From positions 1-64,000 of IMG/VR virus record IMGVR_UViG_3300002307_000047: a stretch of 64,000 nt of DNA. One strand, given 5' to 3'. The position numbers and the translations under genes were made by a program. The DNA is from an uncultured virus (IMG/VR IMGVR_UViG_3300002307_000047) (Duplodnaviria > Heunggongvirae > Uroviricota > Caudoviricetes). Under the pieces are notes generated by a model, which was not told where the DNA came from, did no database searches, and saw only the letters and a list, made by a program, of their open reading frames with translations. Below, in pieces: positions 8,919-18,655 of this stretch. Position 1 is the stretch's first letter; every line of letters starts with the position of its first letter.

Positions 8919-9137
8919 GTTGCAATCACACGAAATGTACCACAGTACGCGGCAGAGTTTAGGCGTATCCGAATAAAGCAGAATTTAACTCAGCAGGGGT
9001 TGGCTACACTATTGGGCATGGATGTGACAACAATATCGAAGATTGAATTAGGGAAATCGAAGCCAAGCATAGGCACACTAGAGAATATGGGTGAGAAATT
9101 AGGATTTAAAATTGAGCTAAACTTTGTAGAGGCATGA
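8919..9137 (+). CDS. XRE-family HTH regulator, absent from the ORF track; no canonical in-frame start
   Basis: Frame reads FRRIRIKQNLTQQGLATLLGMDVTTISKIELGKSKPSIGTLENMGEKLG; stop overlaps the next ATG; TATATTTG box at 8876-8883. Confidence 0.75.
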   Translation, partial: VAITRNVPQYAAEFRRIRIKQNLTQQGLATLLGMDVTTISKIELGKSKPSIGTLENMGEKLGFKIELNFVEA

Positions 9138-9505
9138 TAGCAATACCATTCATCTTGATTGTCTTCGCTGCCATATTCTCATTTTGGTACTACTACAAGG
9201 AGTCTTGGACTGTCAAATCGGTAGACGGGGGCTACGATCCGAATGAACGCATTAGCTTTGAGTACCGTGGGCAGATCATCCACATGACAGCCTTTGAAAA
9301 AACGGAGGTGTGGGATAACTGGAACAGAGAACAGCGGAACTTTCACCTTGAAGAAATAAAGAAAGGGTTAAAAACAGACACAATCAGGCTCTTGGATTTA
9401 GGTGATGAGCAATCTATGTTTGTCGCAGGTTCTAAAGGAAAGCAAGCCCAAAAGAGGCAGGACACTTACAATAAAAACTTAGAAAAACCATATGGCAGAC
9501 CTTAA
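9134..9505 (+). CDS. membrane-anchored hypothetical protein
   Basis: N-terminal hydrophobic helix. Confidence 0.65.
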   Translation: MIAIPFILIVFAAIFSFWYYYKESWTVKSVDGGYDPNERISFEYRGQIIHMTAFEKTEVWDNWNREQRNFHLEEIKKGLKTDTIRLLDLGDEQSMFVAGSKGKQAQKRQDTYNKNLEKPYGRP

Positions 9506-9758
9506 ATTCAGACCATTACAGAACCGCGTGGTGGTAAAACCCATCGAAGATCAGCAGGTAAGCGCGGGTGGATTCCATATAGGCGCAATGGAAACGAAAG
9601 AGAAGCGCGGGGAAATACTCGCCAAGGGTAAACTCGCTAATGAGGTAGAAGTAGGCGAAACAGCAGTCTATGGGCACTACAACCCGATAGAAATATCCCT
9701 CAGCGGTCAAAAGCTGATAATTATGAAAGAAACAGACATTTACGGAATCATAGAATAA
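9492..9758 (+). CDS. groES: co-chaperonin GroES (Cpn10)
   Basis: FRPLQNRVVVKP...SAGGFHI...RGEILAKG...IMKETDIYGII. Confidence 0.93.
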   Translation: MADLKFRPLQNRVVVKPIEDQQVSAGGFHIGAMETKEKRGEILAKGKLANEVEVGETAVYGHYNPIEISLSGQKLIIMKETDIYGIIE

Positions 9759-9767
9759 ACCAAACCA

Positions 9768-11378
9768 ATGAGCAGAAAAATTCAATTTAATCAAGAAGCA
9801 AGAGAGTCACTTCTTGCAGGCGCAAACAAGATCGCAAATGCGGTGAAAGCCACGCTAGGGCCATTAGGCAAGAATGCCATACTTGGCACAGACCTAGGAG
9901 CACCCACTTCTACCAAGGATGGAGTTTCTGTTGCTAAATATGTGGAACTGCCTAATAAACTTGAAAATCAAGGGGCACGTGCCCTAAGAGAAGCAGCAAT
10001 CAAAACTGTAGGACAAGCAGGGGACGGCACAACTAGTACAATTGTTTTGGCGCAAAGCATTTTAAACTCAGGAATGGATGCCATAAAAGAAGGTTACAAT
10101 GCTGTAGACCTAAAGCGTGGCATCGACAAAGCAGTAGAAATCGTAGTCGGCAGGCTTAAAGAAATGTCAACTCCCGTAAATGATAGCTACGAGAAGATAC
10201 TGCAAGTAGCGACCATATCGGCGAACAATGATGCAGAGATCGGTAAATTGGTAGCAGATGCCATTTCAAAAGTGGGTCTTGATGGGGTCGTGCATGTAGT
10301 AGAATCAAACAGCACTAAATCTGATCTGTCATTCATGGATGGCATGGTACTGAATAGCGGATATACCAATGTGGGATTTGTCACAGATGCCGAGAAAATG
10401 GAGGCTGTTCTTGAGAACCCGCTAGTACTAATGACATCTAAGTCAATAGAAGGGCCGCAGCAACTTATCCCATTTCTTGATAGTATTGCAAAAATAGTAT
10501 CAGCAAGTGGGCAAAAAATGCCGCCAGTTCTTATCATTTCCGATGGGATAGATAGCACATCAATGGCAGTCCTTGCTACTAACTTTGTAAAGGGCACACT
10601 GAAATCATGTGTTGTGAATGTTCCACATGGACACCCTGAGCAAAGGGATGAGTTTATGGAGGACTTGGCTGTAATGCTTGATGGAAAATATGTAACCGAC
10701 TACAAGGGAGATAAGATTGAGGACTTGACAATAAGTGAACTCGGCTCATGTTCAAAGGTAGTAATAGGCAAAGATAGTACAACATTCATTGGCGCGGCGG
10801 GTGATGAATCGGCAATTGGTAATCGCATTGCTTCTATTCGCCTTGATGTAGCAAGCGCACAAGCGGATGGCAATGAGCCGCGCGTAGCGTTCCTAAAAGA
10901 GAGAATCGCAAAGTTGTCAAGCGGGATTGCAGTGATTGAGGTCGGCGCACCGACAAACTTCGAAATGAAAGAACGCAAAGACCGTTTTGATGATGCAGTA
11001 GGCGCGACACGGGCGGCAATGGAAGAGGGAATCGTACCCGGTGGTGGTACATCATATCTCAGGTGCAATCAGATTGGTCTTGAAGTGGATGCAAGCCTGA
11101 GTAAATCACAACTACGCGGTATGATTATCGTCATGGATGCACTACTATATCCGCTACTCACTATTTGCGAAAATGGAGAAATTGACGCATCGGTTGTGAT
11201 CTCAGAGGTAAAATCGGGCAATGGAGCCTATGGCTACAATGCTTATACTGAGAAATATGGTAATATGATTGAAATGGGGATAATTGACCCCACTAAGGTA
11301 GCGCGTGTGGCATTAGAGAATGCTGCTTCTATCGCGGGTATGCTATTGACAACAGAGGTGCTAATTGTAAATGACTAA
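9768..11378 (+). CDS. groEL: chaperonin GroEL (Cpn60)
   Basis: TLGPLG, TKDGVSVA, AGDGTTS, EEGIVPGGG, GIIDPTKVAR; no C-terminal GGM tail. Confidence 0.97.
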   Translation: MSRKIQFNQEARESLLAGANKIANAVKATLGPLGKNAILGTDLGAPTSTKDGVSVAKYVELPNKLENQGARALREAAIKTVGQAGDGTTSTIVLAQSILNSGMDAIKEGYNAVDLKRGIDKAVEIVVGRLKEMSTPVNDSYEKILQVATISANNDAEIGKLVADAISKVGLDGVVHVVESNSTKSDLSFMDGMVLNSGYTNVGFVTDAEKMEAVLENPLVLMTSKSIEGPQQLIPFLDSIAKIVSASGQKMPPVLIISDGIDSTSMAVLATNFVKGTLKSCVVNVPHGHPEQRDEFMEDLAVMLDGKYVTDYKGDKIEDLTISELGSCSKVVIGKDSTTFIGAAGDESAIGNRIASIRLDVASAQADGNEPRVAFLKERIAKLSSGIAVIEVGAPTNFEMKERKDRFDDAVGATRAAMEEGIVPGGGTSYLRCNQIGLEVDASLSKSQLRGMIIVMDALLYPLLTICENGEIDASVVISEVKSGNGAYGYNAYTEKYGNMIEMGIIDPTKVARVALENAASIAGMLLTTEVLIVND

Positions 11379-12006
11379 CCTAACCCCCATATCAATATCT
11401 GACGACCCAATGACTCAAAGGGTGTATGTGCGATTTGCTGATTCAGTGAAGCATATATCCACTCAGATGCTTGGAGATTTGGAAGTACCCGCTGATGTCA
11501 ATGATATGTATGAGTATGCACCTAAATGGGGTACGATCATATCTATCTCAGATGGAGAGAAAGACCTGATTGTAGGCGATAAAGTCTACGTAGACTACCT
11601 CACATACAAGTTGGCTAAGAAACAGCATGAAGAGGGGCTAATGATGCAAGACGACGCTATCAGGACTGCGGTTATACGCAAATCTGACATTTATCTGATT
11701 GTGCGCGGCGAAGAACTCATAAGTGCGAACGGATACTGCCTCGTAGAGCCGATAAAAGAAACTCAGACAATGGCTAAGGGCTTTTACATACCCAAGTCAG
11801 CACTCGGAGAAAACAAGGCATTGGAGGGTGTTGTGTATCTTTGTCCAAAAGGCAGAGATATTGAGGTCGGTCAGCGGGTGCTATTTGAGACTGACAGCGA
11901 CATACCCCTTGAATTTGACTTGACTCAGACCATGCCGAAAGTTTGGCGTGTGCCGATAAATGAGATAGTTGGCATTTTGGAAACAGCTTTAGATGATGTG
12001 ATATGA
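11371..12006 (+). CDS. tandem double GroES-like domain protein
   Basis: Two Cpn10-like units: RVYVRF...GTIISI...VGDKVYV and YCLVEP...KGFYIP...GVVY...VGQRVLF. Confidence 0.7.
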   Translation: MTNLTPISISDDPMTQRVYVRFADSVKHISTQMLGDLEVPADVNDMYEYAPKWGTIISISDGEKDLIVGDKVYVDYLTYKLAKKQHEEGLMMQDDAIRTAVIRKSDIYLIVRGEELISANGYCLVEPIKETQTMAKGFYIPKSALGENKALEGVVYLCPKGRDIEVGQRVLFETDSDIPLEFDLTQTMPKVWRVPINEIVGILETALDDVI

Positions 12007-12221
12007 TGTTCAATGAAGAGAACTATAATAATCTCCCTTGTGGCAAGTATATTCTTGTTGCCAAAGGTCATTATCATCGGGTAAATATTGAAATCATTGA
12101 ACCGAAAATAACATTTCGTAAGGTTGAATCAAGAAACTTCCTAGGTATTAATCTTAAATATGAGATTTACGCAGAATCAGAACTTAACCCAACAGAAGAA
12201 ATAATAGACTACGTGATATGA
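12003..12221 (+). CDS. hypothetical protein
   Basis: 72 aa with ATGA overlaps on both sides. Confidence 0.55.
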   Translation: MMFNEENYNNLPCGKYILVAKGHYHRVNIEIIEPKITFRKVESRNFLGINLKYEIYAESELNPTEEIIDYVI

Positions 12222-12886
12222 CAATCCGACCCGAAGAATATGGACAAATGGATTGGGACATTTATAGTGTGCCTCTCGCTAAATCGGTACTCAAAGAGTT
12301 CCCTGATTTGGAAACCATATTCAAGGAATTTCTGAAAAAAGAAATGCCGAAAGGTTTTACGCTCGACAAAATGATTCGCTATATCATCTACGTCTATCAT
12401 AAAAAATCACCCCTAGTCAAAAGGATAAGCGACATAGACAGTCGCAAAGACCGCGCCCTAATGGAGCTAGGTTTTATGCGTGACGATGCGTGGGATAAGG
12501 AATTTGTCGATATAATGAACAACGAAAGCGACCTGCAAGTCGATATGATCTTTCAATTCCTGTACTATCAGCGTGATATAAACTTTTTGTCCCTCATCAC
12601 TCAGGAGGAGTCATACATGAATTTTTCCAAGTCTCTGATGAAACTAGAGAAAGGCGCGGCAGGCATAGAGAAGCAGACTAAAATATCAGCGCAACTAGAC
12701 ATCATTCTGACAAGGATAGAGAAGTACAGTACAGCGGCATTCTATGGGGACATATCCCTAAAAGACGACCTATCTGTACAAAAGCTCGTAGCAAGCAGGG
12801 CCGCCCCAGTATCACCGGAAGAAAATGCAGCAAATGAAAAAGACCTCAGATCACGCGCCAAAGCGGAAGCTGCAAGAAATCGTTAA
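12218..12886 (+). CDS. pre-terminase protein, possible terminase small subunit
   Basis: Helical 222-aa protein directly upstream of and overlapping TerL; positional inference. Confidence 0.45.
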   Translation: MTIRPEEYGQMDWDIYSVPLAKSVLKEFPDLETIFKEFLKKEMPKGFTLDKMIRYIIYVYHKKSPLVKRISDIDSRKDRALMELGFMRDDAWDKEFVDIMNNESDLQVDMIFQFLYYQRDINFLSLITQEESYMNFSKSLMKLEKGAAGIEKQTKISAQLDIILTRIEKYSTAAFYGDISLKDDLSVQKLVASRAAPVSPEENAANEKDLRSRAKAEAARNR

Positions 12887-15086
12887 GGAATATCAACCCT
12901 ACCAAAAGGTCATAACTATTCGTCAGGACGTAGAGGGCATGCTACCCTACGAAATAGAACTCCCCGATGCTCCCGACCCCAAAGAATTTATAAACTACGG
13001 GCTACCTAAAGAGGAGCAGTATTTTGTCTATGAGGCTAAACCTGATTGGCTTACTAAGCTGAACAGGATGAAACGTGCCGATGCTATGAAAGTCGCAAAG
13101 ACTAATGCTGAGATCAACGCATGGATAGCATCACAATGGGACAAGCGAAAAAACGGGATATTTATTTACATCAATGGGAAACCACTACACATACCCGGCA
13201 AACATTGGTTTTATCTGAACTACTACACAATCAAGGGACAAATACCCGACTTTCTATGGGTGGATTTGGAGTATTTCTACTGGTATGAGTTCTGTATTTT
13301 AAGGGATTCAACGGTATATGGCGGCATAGAACTAGCTAAACGGCGCGATGGTAAGTCATATCGAGCAGCGTGTAACATGCTTGAGTACATATCTAGGCAG
13401 TATGAGGCATTCGCGGGTATCCTATCCAAGAATGGCGGTGACGCTCAAGAACTATTCGGACGTGGTATAGTCATGGCATGGCGAAGGCTACCATTCTTTT
13501 TTAATCCAAAATTTGACAATAAGACATTCCCCGTAAAGGAATTGGCATTCCGTGATGCGAGTAGGGGCGGTGAAAAGCTAGACCTGAGTGATCTCTTGAC
13601 CGCAAGCGGTGACGTAGATGGGCTTAATTCACGGATAGAGGCGCGTAACACTGTCAATAATGCCTTTGACGGTGAACAGTTAGGGGCAATAGACTTTATG
13701 ACCCGTGGGCTAACCCTAATAATGGATGAAGCGGGTAAGTGGCAAGAGGAAAAGACGGTGCATATTGGTCGGGCGTGGGATAAGCATAAGGAATGCTTGC
13801 GCGTAGGCACAAAAAAGGTCGGCGTAGCTATGCTCACTACTACCATTGAAGAAATGGCAAGTGGTGGACGCGGGTTTGTGGAACTATGGAAACAGTCAGA
13901 TCGTAGCAGTAAAAGCAGGCTCGGAGAAACAGAGAGTGGACTAGTGCCGTTCTTCAAAAAAGCATCTGAGTGCCTTGTGACCGATGAATACGGATTCCCT
14001 ATTATCGGAAAGCCATCGGAACGGGATTCTGCCTATTTAAAGCAAAAGTATCTTGATGAAGGGGAGAAGGTTAAAGTGGAACTTGGCTATCACTTGATGG
14101 GTGGAGAAGAAATATGGCAGGCTGAATACGATGCTTGCTCAAGTGCTAAGGCACGTCAGGAGTATATCAGAAAGTACCCGCCATCTATCAAAAAAGCCTT
14201 TGCCTCTGTCAACAATGAGTGCCAGTTTGACAAAGAGATACTTGATGCAAGCAAGGCGAGGTTCTTTTACGGCGATCCATGCTGCGAGAAGTTTAACCTT
14301 AAAAATGTCGGCACCGAGGATGAACCAAAGGTAGAAGCAGAATGGTGCAGTAATGGTAAATACAAGGCACCGCGTAAACTCATAGAGCATATTCAAGCAA
14401 ACTATGCCAATCAGATATATCGTGGCGAAGATGGTTTTTGGAGGCCGCGCAACATAGATAAGGGGCTGATAGGGTCGGATGCGTTCAAATCAAGCAAAAT
14501 TCTCGCTAAAGAAGGGTCAAACGGTACATTGGTGACATATTTCAGACGAGACTATGGGCTAGACCCGGAGGGAACGCCTGAATTAGACCTAATGACTGAT
14601 GATTATGGCATATGGTACGGTGATAGGCCACCGAGCGTAGATGAATACTGCCGTGAGGCTATCAAATTGTGCGTGTTTTTAGGTATGAAGGTATTCCCTG
14701 AGACAAACGTAGATGCTGTGAGAAACTTCTTTTTAGCAAACGGGATGCAGTATTTTCTTTACCATAGGAAAGAACAAAAGTACGAGCAAGGGCAAATTGT
14801 GACTAAAACAGCAGCAGTAGCGGGTATGCAGACAATCGGCGGCACAAGATCAGATGATATGATTGCCATGATGCAGTCATGGGTAATCAGGTGTGGCATG
14901 AGGTGTAAGTTTGAGGAGATAATAGATGATTGCCTAAAGCTAGAGCCAAACAATTGGTCGCCATATGATACGTTTGTCGGGGCTGTTTACGCATTGTTCG
15001 GTATTCAATCAGATACCAAGCCCCATAGGAGTAAGGACACACAGAAAAAGGCAGATGTTGCGGGGATGTTGTGGGAGGCTAGATAA
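12825..15086 (+). CDS. terL: terminase large subunit
   Basis: Walker A-like KRRDGKS, Walker B IMDEAGK, nuclease region IGSDAF...PETN; size and position. Confidence 0.9.
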   Translation: MQQMKKTSDHAPKRKLQEIVKEYQPYQKVITIRQDVEGMLPYEIELPDAPDPKEFINYGLPKEEQYFVYEAKPDWLTKLNRMKRADAMKVAKTNAEINAWIASQWDKRKNGIFIYINGKPLHIPGKHWFYLNYYTIKGQIPDFLWVDLEYFYWYEFCILRDSTVYGGIELAKRRDGKSYRAACNMLEYISRQYEAFAGILSKNGGDAQELFGRGIVMAWRRLPFFFNPKFDNKTFPVKELAFRDASRGGEKLDLSDLLTASGDVDGLNSRIEARNTVNNAFDGEQLGAIDFMTRGLTLIMDEAGKWQEEKTVHIGRAWDKHKECLRVGTKKVGVAMLTTTIEEMASGGRGFVELWKQSDRSSKSRLGETESGLVPFFKKASECLVTDEYGFPIIGKPSERDSAYLKQKYLDEGEKVKVELGYHLMGGEEIWQAEYDACSSAKARQEYIRKYPPSIKKAFASVNNECQFDKEILDASKARFFYGDPCCEKFNLKNVGTEDEPKVEAEWCSNGKYKAPRKLIEHIQANYANQIYRGEDGFWRPRNIDKGLIGSDAFKSSKILAKEGSNGTLVTYFRRDYGLDPEGTPELDLMTDDYGIWYGDRPPSVDEYCREAIKLCVFLGMKVFPETNVDAVRNFFLANGMQYFLYHRKEQKYEQGQIVTKTAAVAGMQTIGGTRSDDMIAMMQSWVIRCGMRCKFEEIIDDCLKLEPNNWSPYDTFVGAVYALFGIQSDTKPHRSKDTQKKADVAGMLWEAR

Positions 15087-15136
15087 TTATGTATTTTTGT
15101 CCAAATAATGTATAACTTTGCATTTAATGCTAAGAA

Positions 15137-17548
15137 ATGAGTGATTACATTCCCGCGTATGATTACAATGGTCTGTGCCCATCAGACCAAATAGACCCTG
15201 CTCTTAAAGATAAAGATTGGGTGATGATGCGTACTAAATATGCGTATGGTCGCAATCAGAGCAGCGTGTTTATGAACAACGCTCGGCGCAATGATTGGAT
15301 AATCAACGAGCAGTATGCAGACGGTAATCAAAATACATCTAAATATAAGAACTGGCTATCGAAGTTAAAGAGCGATGGCAAGGGGAATGTGCCGAAGGGT
15401 GAAACCATATCCTACATGGATTTGGATTACTCCATCGTATCCACTATCCCGAAGATGGAAGATGTGGTACTTGAGTACTGGAACAAGCTAGACTACGATG
15501 TATACTGCGATGCCATCAATCCCGCAGCTACACAAGACCGCAAATTCTTTGAGGCATTTCTAAAGACCAAGTTAGTATTGAAAGAGTTCAATGCAATGGT
15601 CGATGAGGCATTGGGTAAAAATCCACAGGCGCAGGAAAGTGATTTCATGCCGCAGGATATGGATGAGATTCAGATATTCTTGCAAGATGGATTTAGGCTA
15701 CCATACGAAATGGAGATGGAGCTTGGCATTCAGATGTGCAAGGAAGAATCTGATTGGAAAGAAATTCGCAAGCGCATACGCAAGGACTTTTTCAGAAAAG
15801 CATGTGGCGCATGTAAGGTATATATAGACCGCATTACAGGCAAGCCAAAGGTTCGCTATGTCAATCCTATCAACTGCATCCTTGAAGATTTTGAGGGGCA
15901 TGACGGGGACGCTATGAATGGATTTGGCGAAGTAATCGCTATGACCATAGCCGACATTCGCCTTGACGCGGGAGATCAATTCACAGAGGAGGACTATTAC
16001 AACATAGCCAAGCTAAACTGCGGTATGTATGGTAATCCTGATGAAATGCTCCCGTGGTCGGACTATATCAATACTGATGTGCAGTACACAATGTGGCGAA
16101 ACTATGACAGTTTCAAGATAAAGGTGCTCGACTATGAGTTTAACAGCAGTGATAGGATCAAACAAGCAAGGTCTGAGAAATATTCTAAAGACAGCCCCAA
16201 CTACTACCGCAGACCATACAGCGAACCGGAGGGAATCAAAAAGAAAAAAGCTAAAGATGGCACCATATATGATGAAGAGGTAAAGGCTATCGACATCAAG
16301 ACCATATACGGGTGTATGTGGATTATCGGTAGTAATTTCTGCTATAACGCGGGAAAGAAAGCCAATATCGCACGTCCAAATGAGAATAAAAAAGAGTGCT
16401 ACCGTGAGTTTAAGTTTTGGCGCGTAAGCAACAAGTCAATGATTGAGAGGCTTATCCCATTGGCTGATTCAATCGCTCTTACCTACTTGAAGATTCAGAA
16501 CATGAAAGCCCGTATGGTAAATATGGGTCTGATGATAGAGCATGGGTCTTTTGAGAATATGACGCTTGATGGAGCAGATTTCAAGGCTAAACAAGCTATT
16601 GAGACAGGTTTCCAAACGGGAATATGGATATACAAGCGAAATTCTGCATTTGACTCAGACGGGAGCAAAACAGCGGTAGCAGACCCCGTGAAAGAAATTG
16701 GCGGCGGTGCGTGGAATGAAATTTTGACTGCGTGGCAGGAAATAGATGTCAATATCCAAAAGATGCGTGACATAAGCGGTATCAATGAAGTCATGGATGC
16801 TACTGTCCCCAATCCTAAATTAGCAGTTGGGATTGCCAATATATCCCTTACCGCAGCAAATAATGCTATTTCCCCTCTGATAGAGGCTTTTGTCTCTATG
16901 GAGGAGAAAATATCGTACATGATTATGCTGAAAATTCAAGTGGCATGTAGGCTTGGCAAGTTGACGGGATGGGTTAAAGCCCTTGGCTCAGTATTCCCGC
17001 AAATGATTGAACTCGGTGATGATCTCTCGCCGCTGTCATACGGTATACGTGTCGTGGCAAGGCCAACCGCAGATGAAAAGCAAGCAATACTGACTGTAGC
17101 CGACAAGTGCCTTAATAATGCTAATCCTTCTGAGGATAGCATAGAAGCTCCTGATTATTTTATGATTAGGCGCATGGTGATGAACGGCACCAACCTCAAA
17201 GTGGTCGAAATGATACTCGCAAGCCGTATCGCTAAGAACAAAAAAGCTAAACAGCAGACGCAACAAATGATTGCACAGCAGACGGCATCAGCGCAGACGC
17301 AGGGGGCTATACAGTTAGAGCAAGCTAAAATGACGACTATCCAAGCGAAAGGCGAGGAAGACAGAAAAACGGCAGAAGTGCAGGGTATGTGGGCAGTCAA
17401 AGCTATACAAGCTAAGGCTACTACGCTACAGGATCAATCCATCATAGATGGGGCGATAGACAAGGAAATAGCCTATCATCAGCACCAACTTGACCTCATA
17501 ATGGCAGCAAAGCAGAACGCCAAAGCAAATCAAACTCAACCACAGTAA
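15137..17548 (+). CDS. portal protein
   Basis: 803 aa after TerL; YMDLDYSIVSTIPK, VRYVNP, RDISGINEVMD; Gln-rich C-terminal barrel; TAACTTTG box at 15113-15120. Confidence 0.85.
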   Translation: MSDYIPAYDYNGLCPSDQIDPALKDKDWVMMRTKYAYGRNQSSVFMNNARRNDWIINEQYADGNQNTSKYKNWLSKLKSDGKGNVPKGETISYMDLDYSIVSTIPKMEDVVLEYWNKLDYDVYCDAINPAATQDRKFFEAFLKTKLVLKEFNAMVDEALGKNPQAQESDFMPQDMDEIQIFLQDGFRLPYEMEMELGIQMCKEESDWKEIRKRIRKDFFRKACGACKVYIDRITGKPKVRYVNPINCILEDFEGHDGDAMNGFGEVIAMTIADIRLDAGDQFTEEDYYNIAKLNCGMYGNPDEMLPWSDYINTDVQYTMWRNYDSFKIKVLDYEFNSSDRIKQARSEKYSKDSPNYYRRPYSEPEGIKKKKAKDGTIYDEEVKAIDIKTIYGCMWIIGSNFCYNAGKKANIARPNENKKECYREFKFWRVSNKSMIERLIPLADSIALTYLKIQNMKARMVNMGLMIEHGSFENMTLDGADFKAKQAIETGFQTGIWIYKRNSAFDSDGSKTAVADPVKEIGGGAWNEILTAWQEIDVNIQKMRDISGINEVMDATVPNPKLAVGIANISLTAANNAISPLIEAFVSMEEKISYMIMLKIQVACRLGKLTGWVKALGSVFPQMIELGDDLSPLSYGIRVVARPTADEKQAILTVADKCLNNANPSEDSIEAPDYFMIRRMVMNGTNLKVVEMILASRIAKNKKAKQQTQQMIAQQTASAQTQGAIQLEQAKMTTIQAKGEEDRKTAEVQGMWAVKAIQAKATTLQDQSIIDGAIDKEIAYHQHQLDLIMAAKQNAKANQTQPQ

Positions 17549-17605
17549 AATAAAGTTTGCATAATTAGTATTAGTTAACTACTTTCGTAACATAATAACC
17601 AAATA

Positions 17606-18637
17606 ATGACAGCCGAAGAAGAAGCAAAACTAGAAGCAGCCTTTAGCGAAGGTGGTGGGCAGAAAGCCGCCGCCGCACCCGCTGATGATGCTAGTAAGTC
17701 TGACAATCAGCAGCAAGACGGGAATCAGGCAGCAGATCAACAAGCCGCCGCCGATGCAGCAAAACCCGAAGTATTCAACTTCGATGCTGAGTTTAAGAAA
17801 AAATACGGCATCGAATCAACAGACTTTGACGCTATTAAGCAAAAGGCTACACTCGCAGAGCAGCTTCAAAATGCTGATCCATTCGATAATGATGAGCTAA
17901 GAGCCATCAATACCGTAATGAAAGAGCGTGGTGTAACTGCAAAAGAGGCAATACAATATCTATCAATAGACCCTACCAAGCTAGATGCTAGGGAACAATA
18001 TCATACATTCAGGTCACTAACTGCGAAAGGAATGTCTGCTGAGGCTATCAACAGGCAAATCCTTAAAGAGTTTCCCGACCTCGATAGCGATGATGCTGAT
18101 CTCAAACAACAAGCATTGGAAGACCTTCAATATAAAGTGGCTACAGAGGGTATCGGTGACAAACTGAAAGAACTTCGCGACAAAGCATATCAAAAGCCGG
18201 GGGCAACCCGCGCAGAAGTGCTATCGAACGAGGCTAAAGAATCTCAAGCGAAAGCATGGGATACTGAACTTACTAAAATCGCCGCCGACACCAAGAAGTA
18301 CAAACTGGCATTTGATGGGTCGAATGAGACATTGGATTACGACCTCGGCGTAGATATAACCGAAATAAAAGATCGGGTAATATCAAAGGGTTATCCTGCA
18401 ACCCCCGAAAATCTTGAAGCAGCAAGGGTCGAACTGGAAAGCAAGGCACTACGTGCTCAGCTCCCAAAGATTCTTGCCAAGATAAAAAAGGATAGCTATA
18501 AGGATGGGCAGAACCAAGTAGAGTCAACCCTTTACAATGAACTGCATAATCCTAGCCAAAGCAAAACAGTCACCACCACGGGTAAAACTGTGAATAAAGA
18601 GGCTGAACTTGCAAAACTTGACTCACTCAATTTCTAA
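17606..18637 (+). CDS. capsid scaffolding protein
   Basis: Acidic, disordered N-terminus, helical; lies between portal and capsid; promoter-like TTTG-N20-TACTTTCG at 17556-17587. Confidence 0.65.
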   Translation: MTAEEEAKLEAAFSEGGGQKAAAAPADDASKSDNQQQDGNQAADQQAAADAAKPEVFNFDAEFKKKYGIESTDFDAIKQKATLAEQLQNADPFDNDELRAINTVMKERGVTAKEAIQYLSIDPTKLDAREQYHTFRSLTAKGMSAEAINRQILKEFPDLDSDDADLKQQALEDLQYKVATEGIGDKLKELRDKAYQKPGATRAEVLSNEAKESQAKAWDTELTKIAADTKKYKLAFDGSNETLDYDLGVDITEIKDRVISKGYPATPENLEAARVELESKALRAQLPKILAKIKKDSYKDGQNQVESTLYNELHNPSQSKTVTTTGKTVNKEAELAKLDSLNF

Positions 18638-18655
18638 AAAAACTCAAAAACTAAA

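Noticed and set aside
9492..11378. groES/groEL as host chromosome or contamination
   Set aside because: Coupled by overlaps to phage genes, divergent from typical bacterial GroEL, lacks the GGM tail, and shows the same restriction-site avoidance
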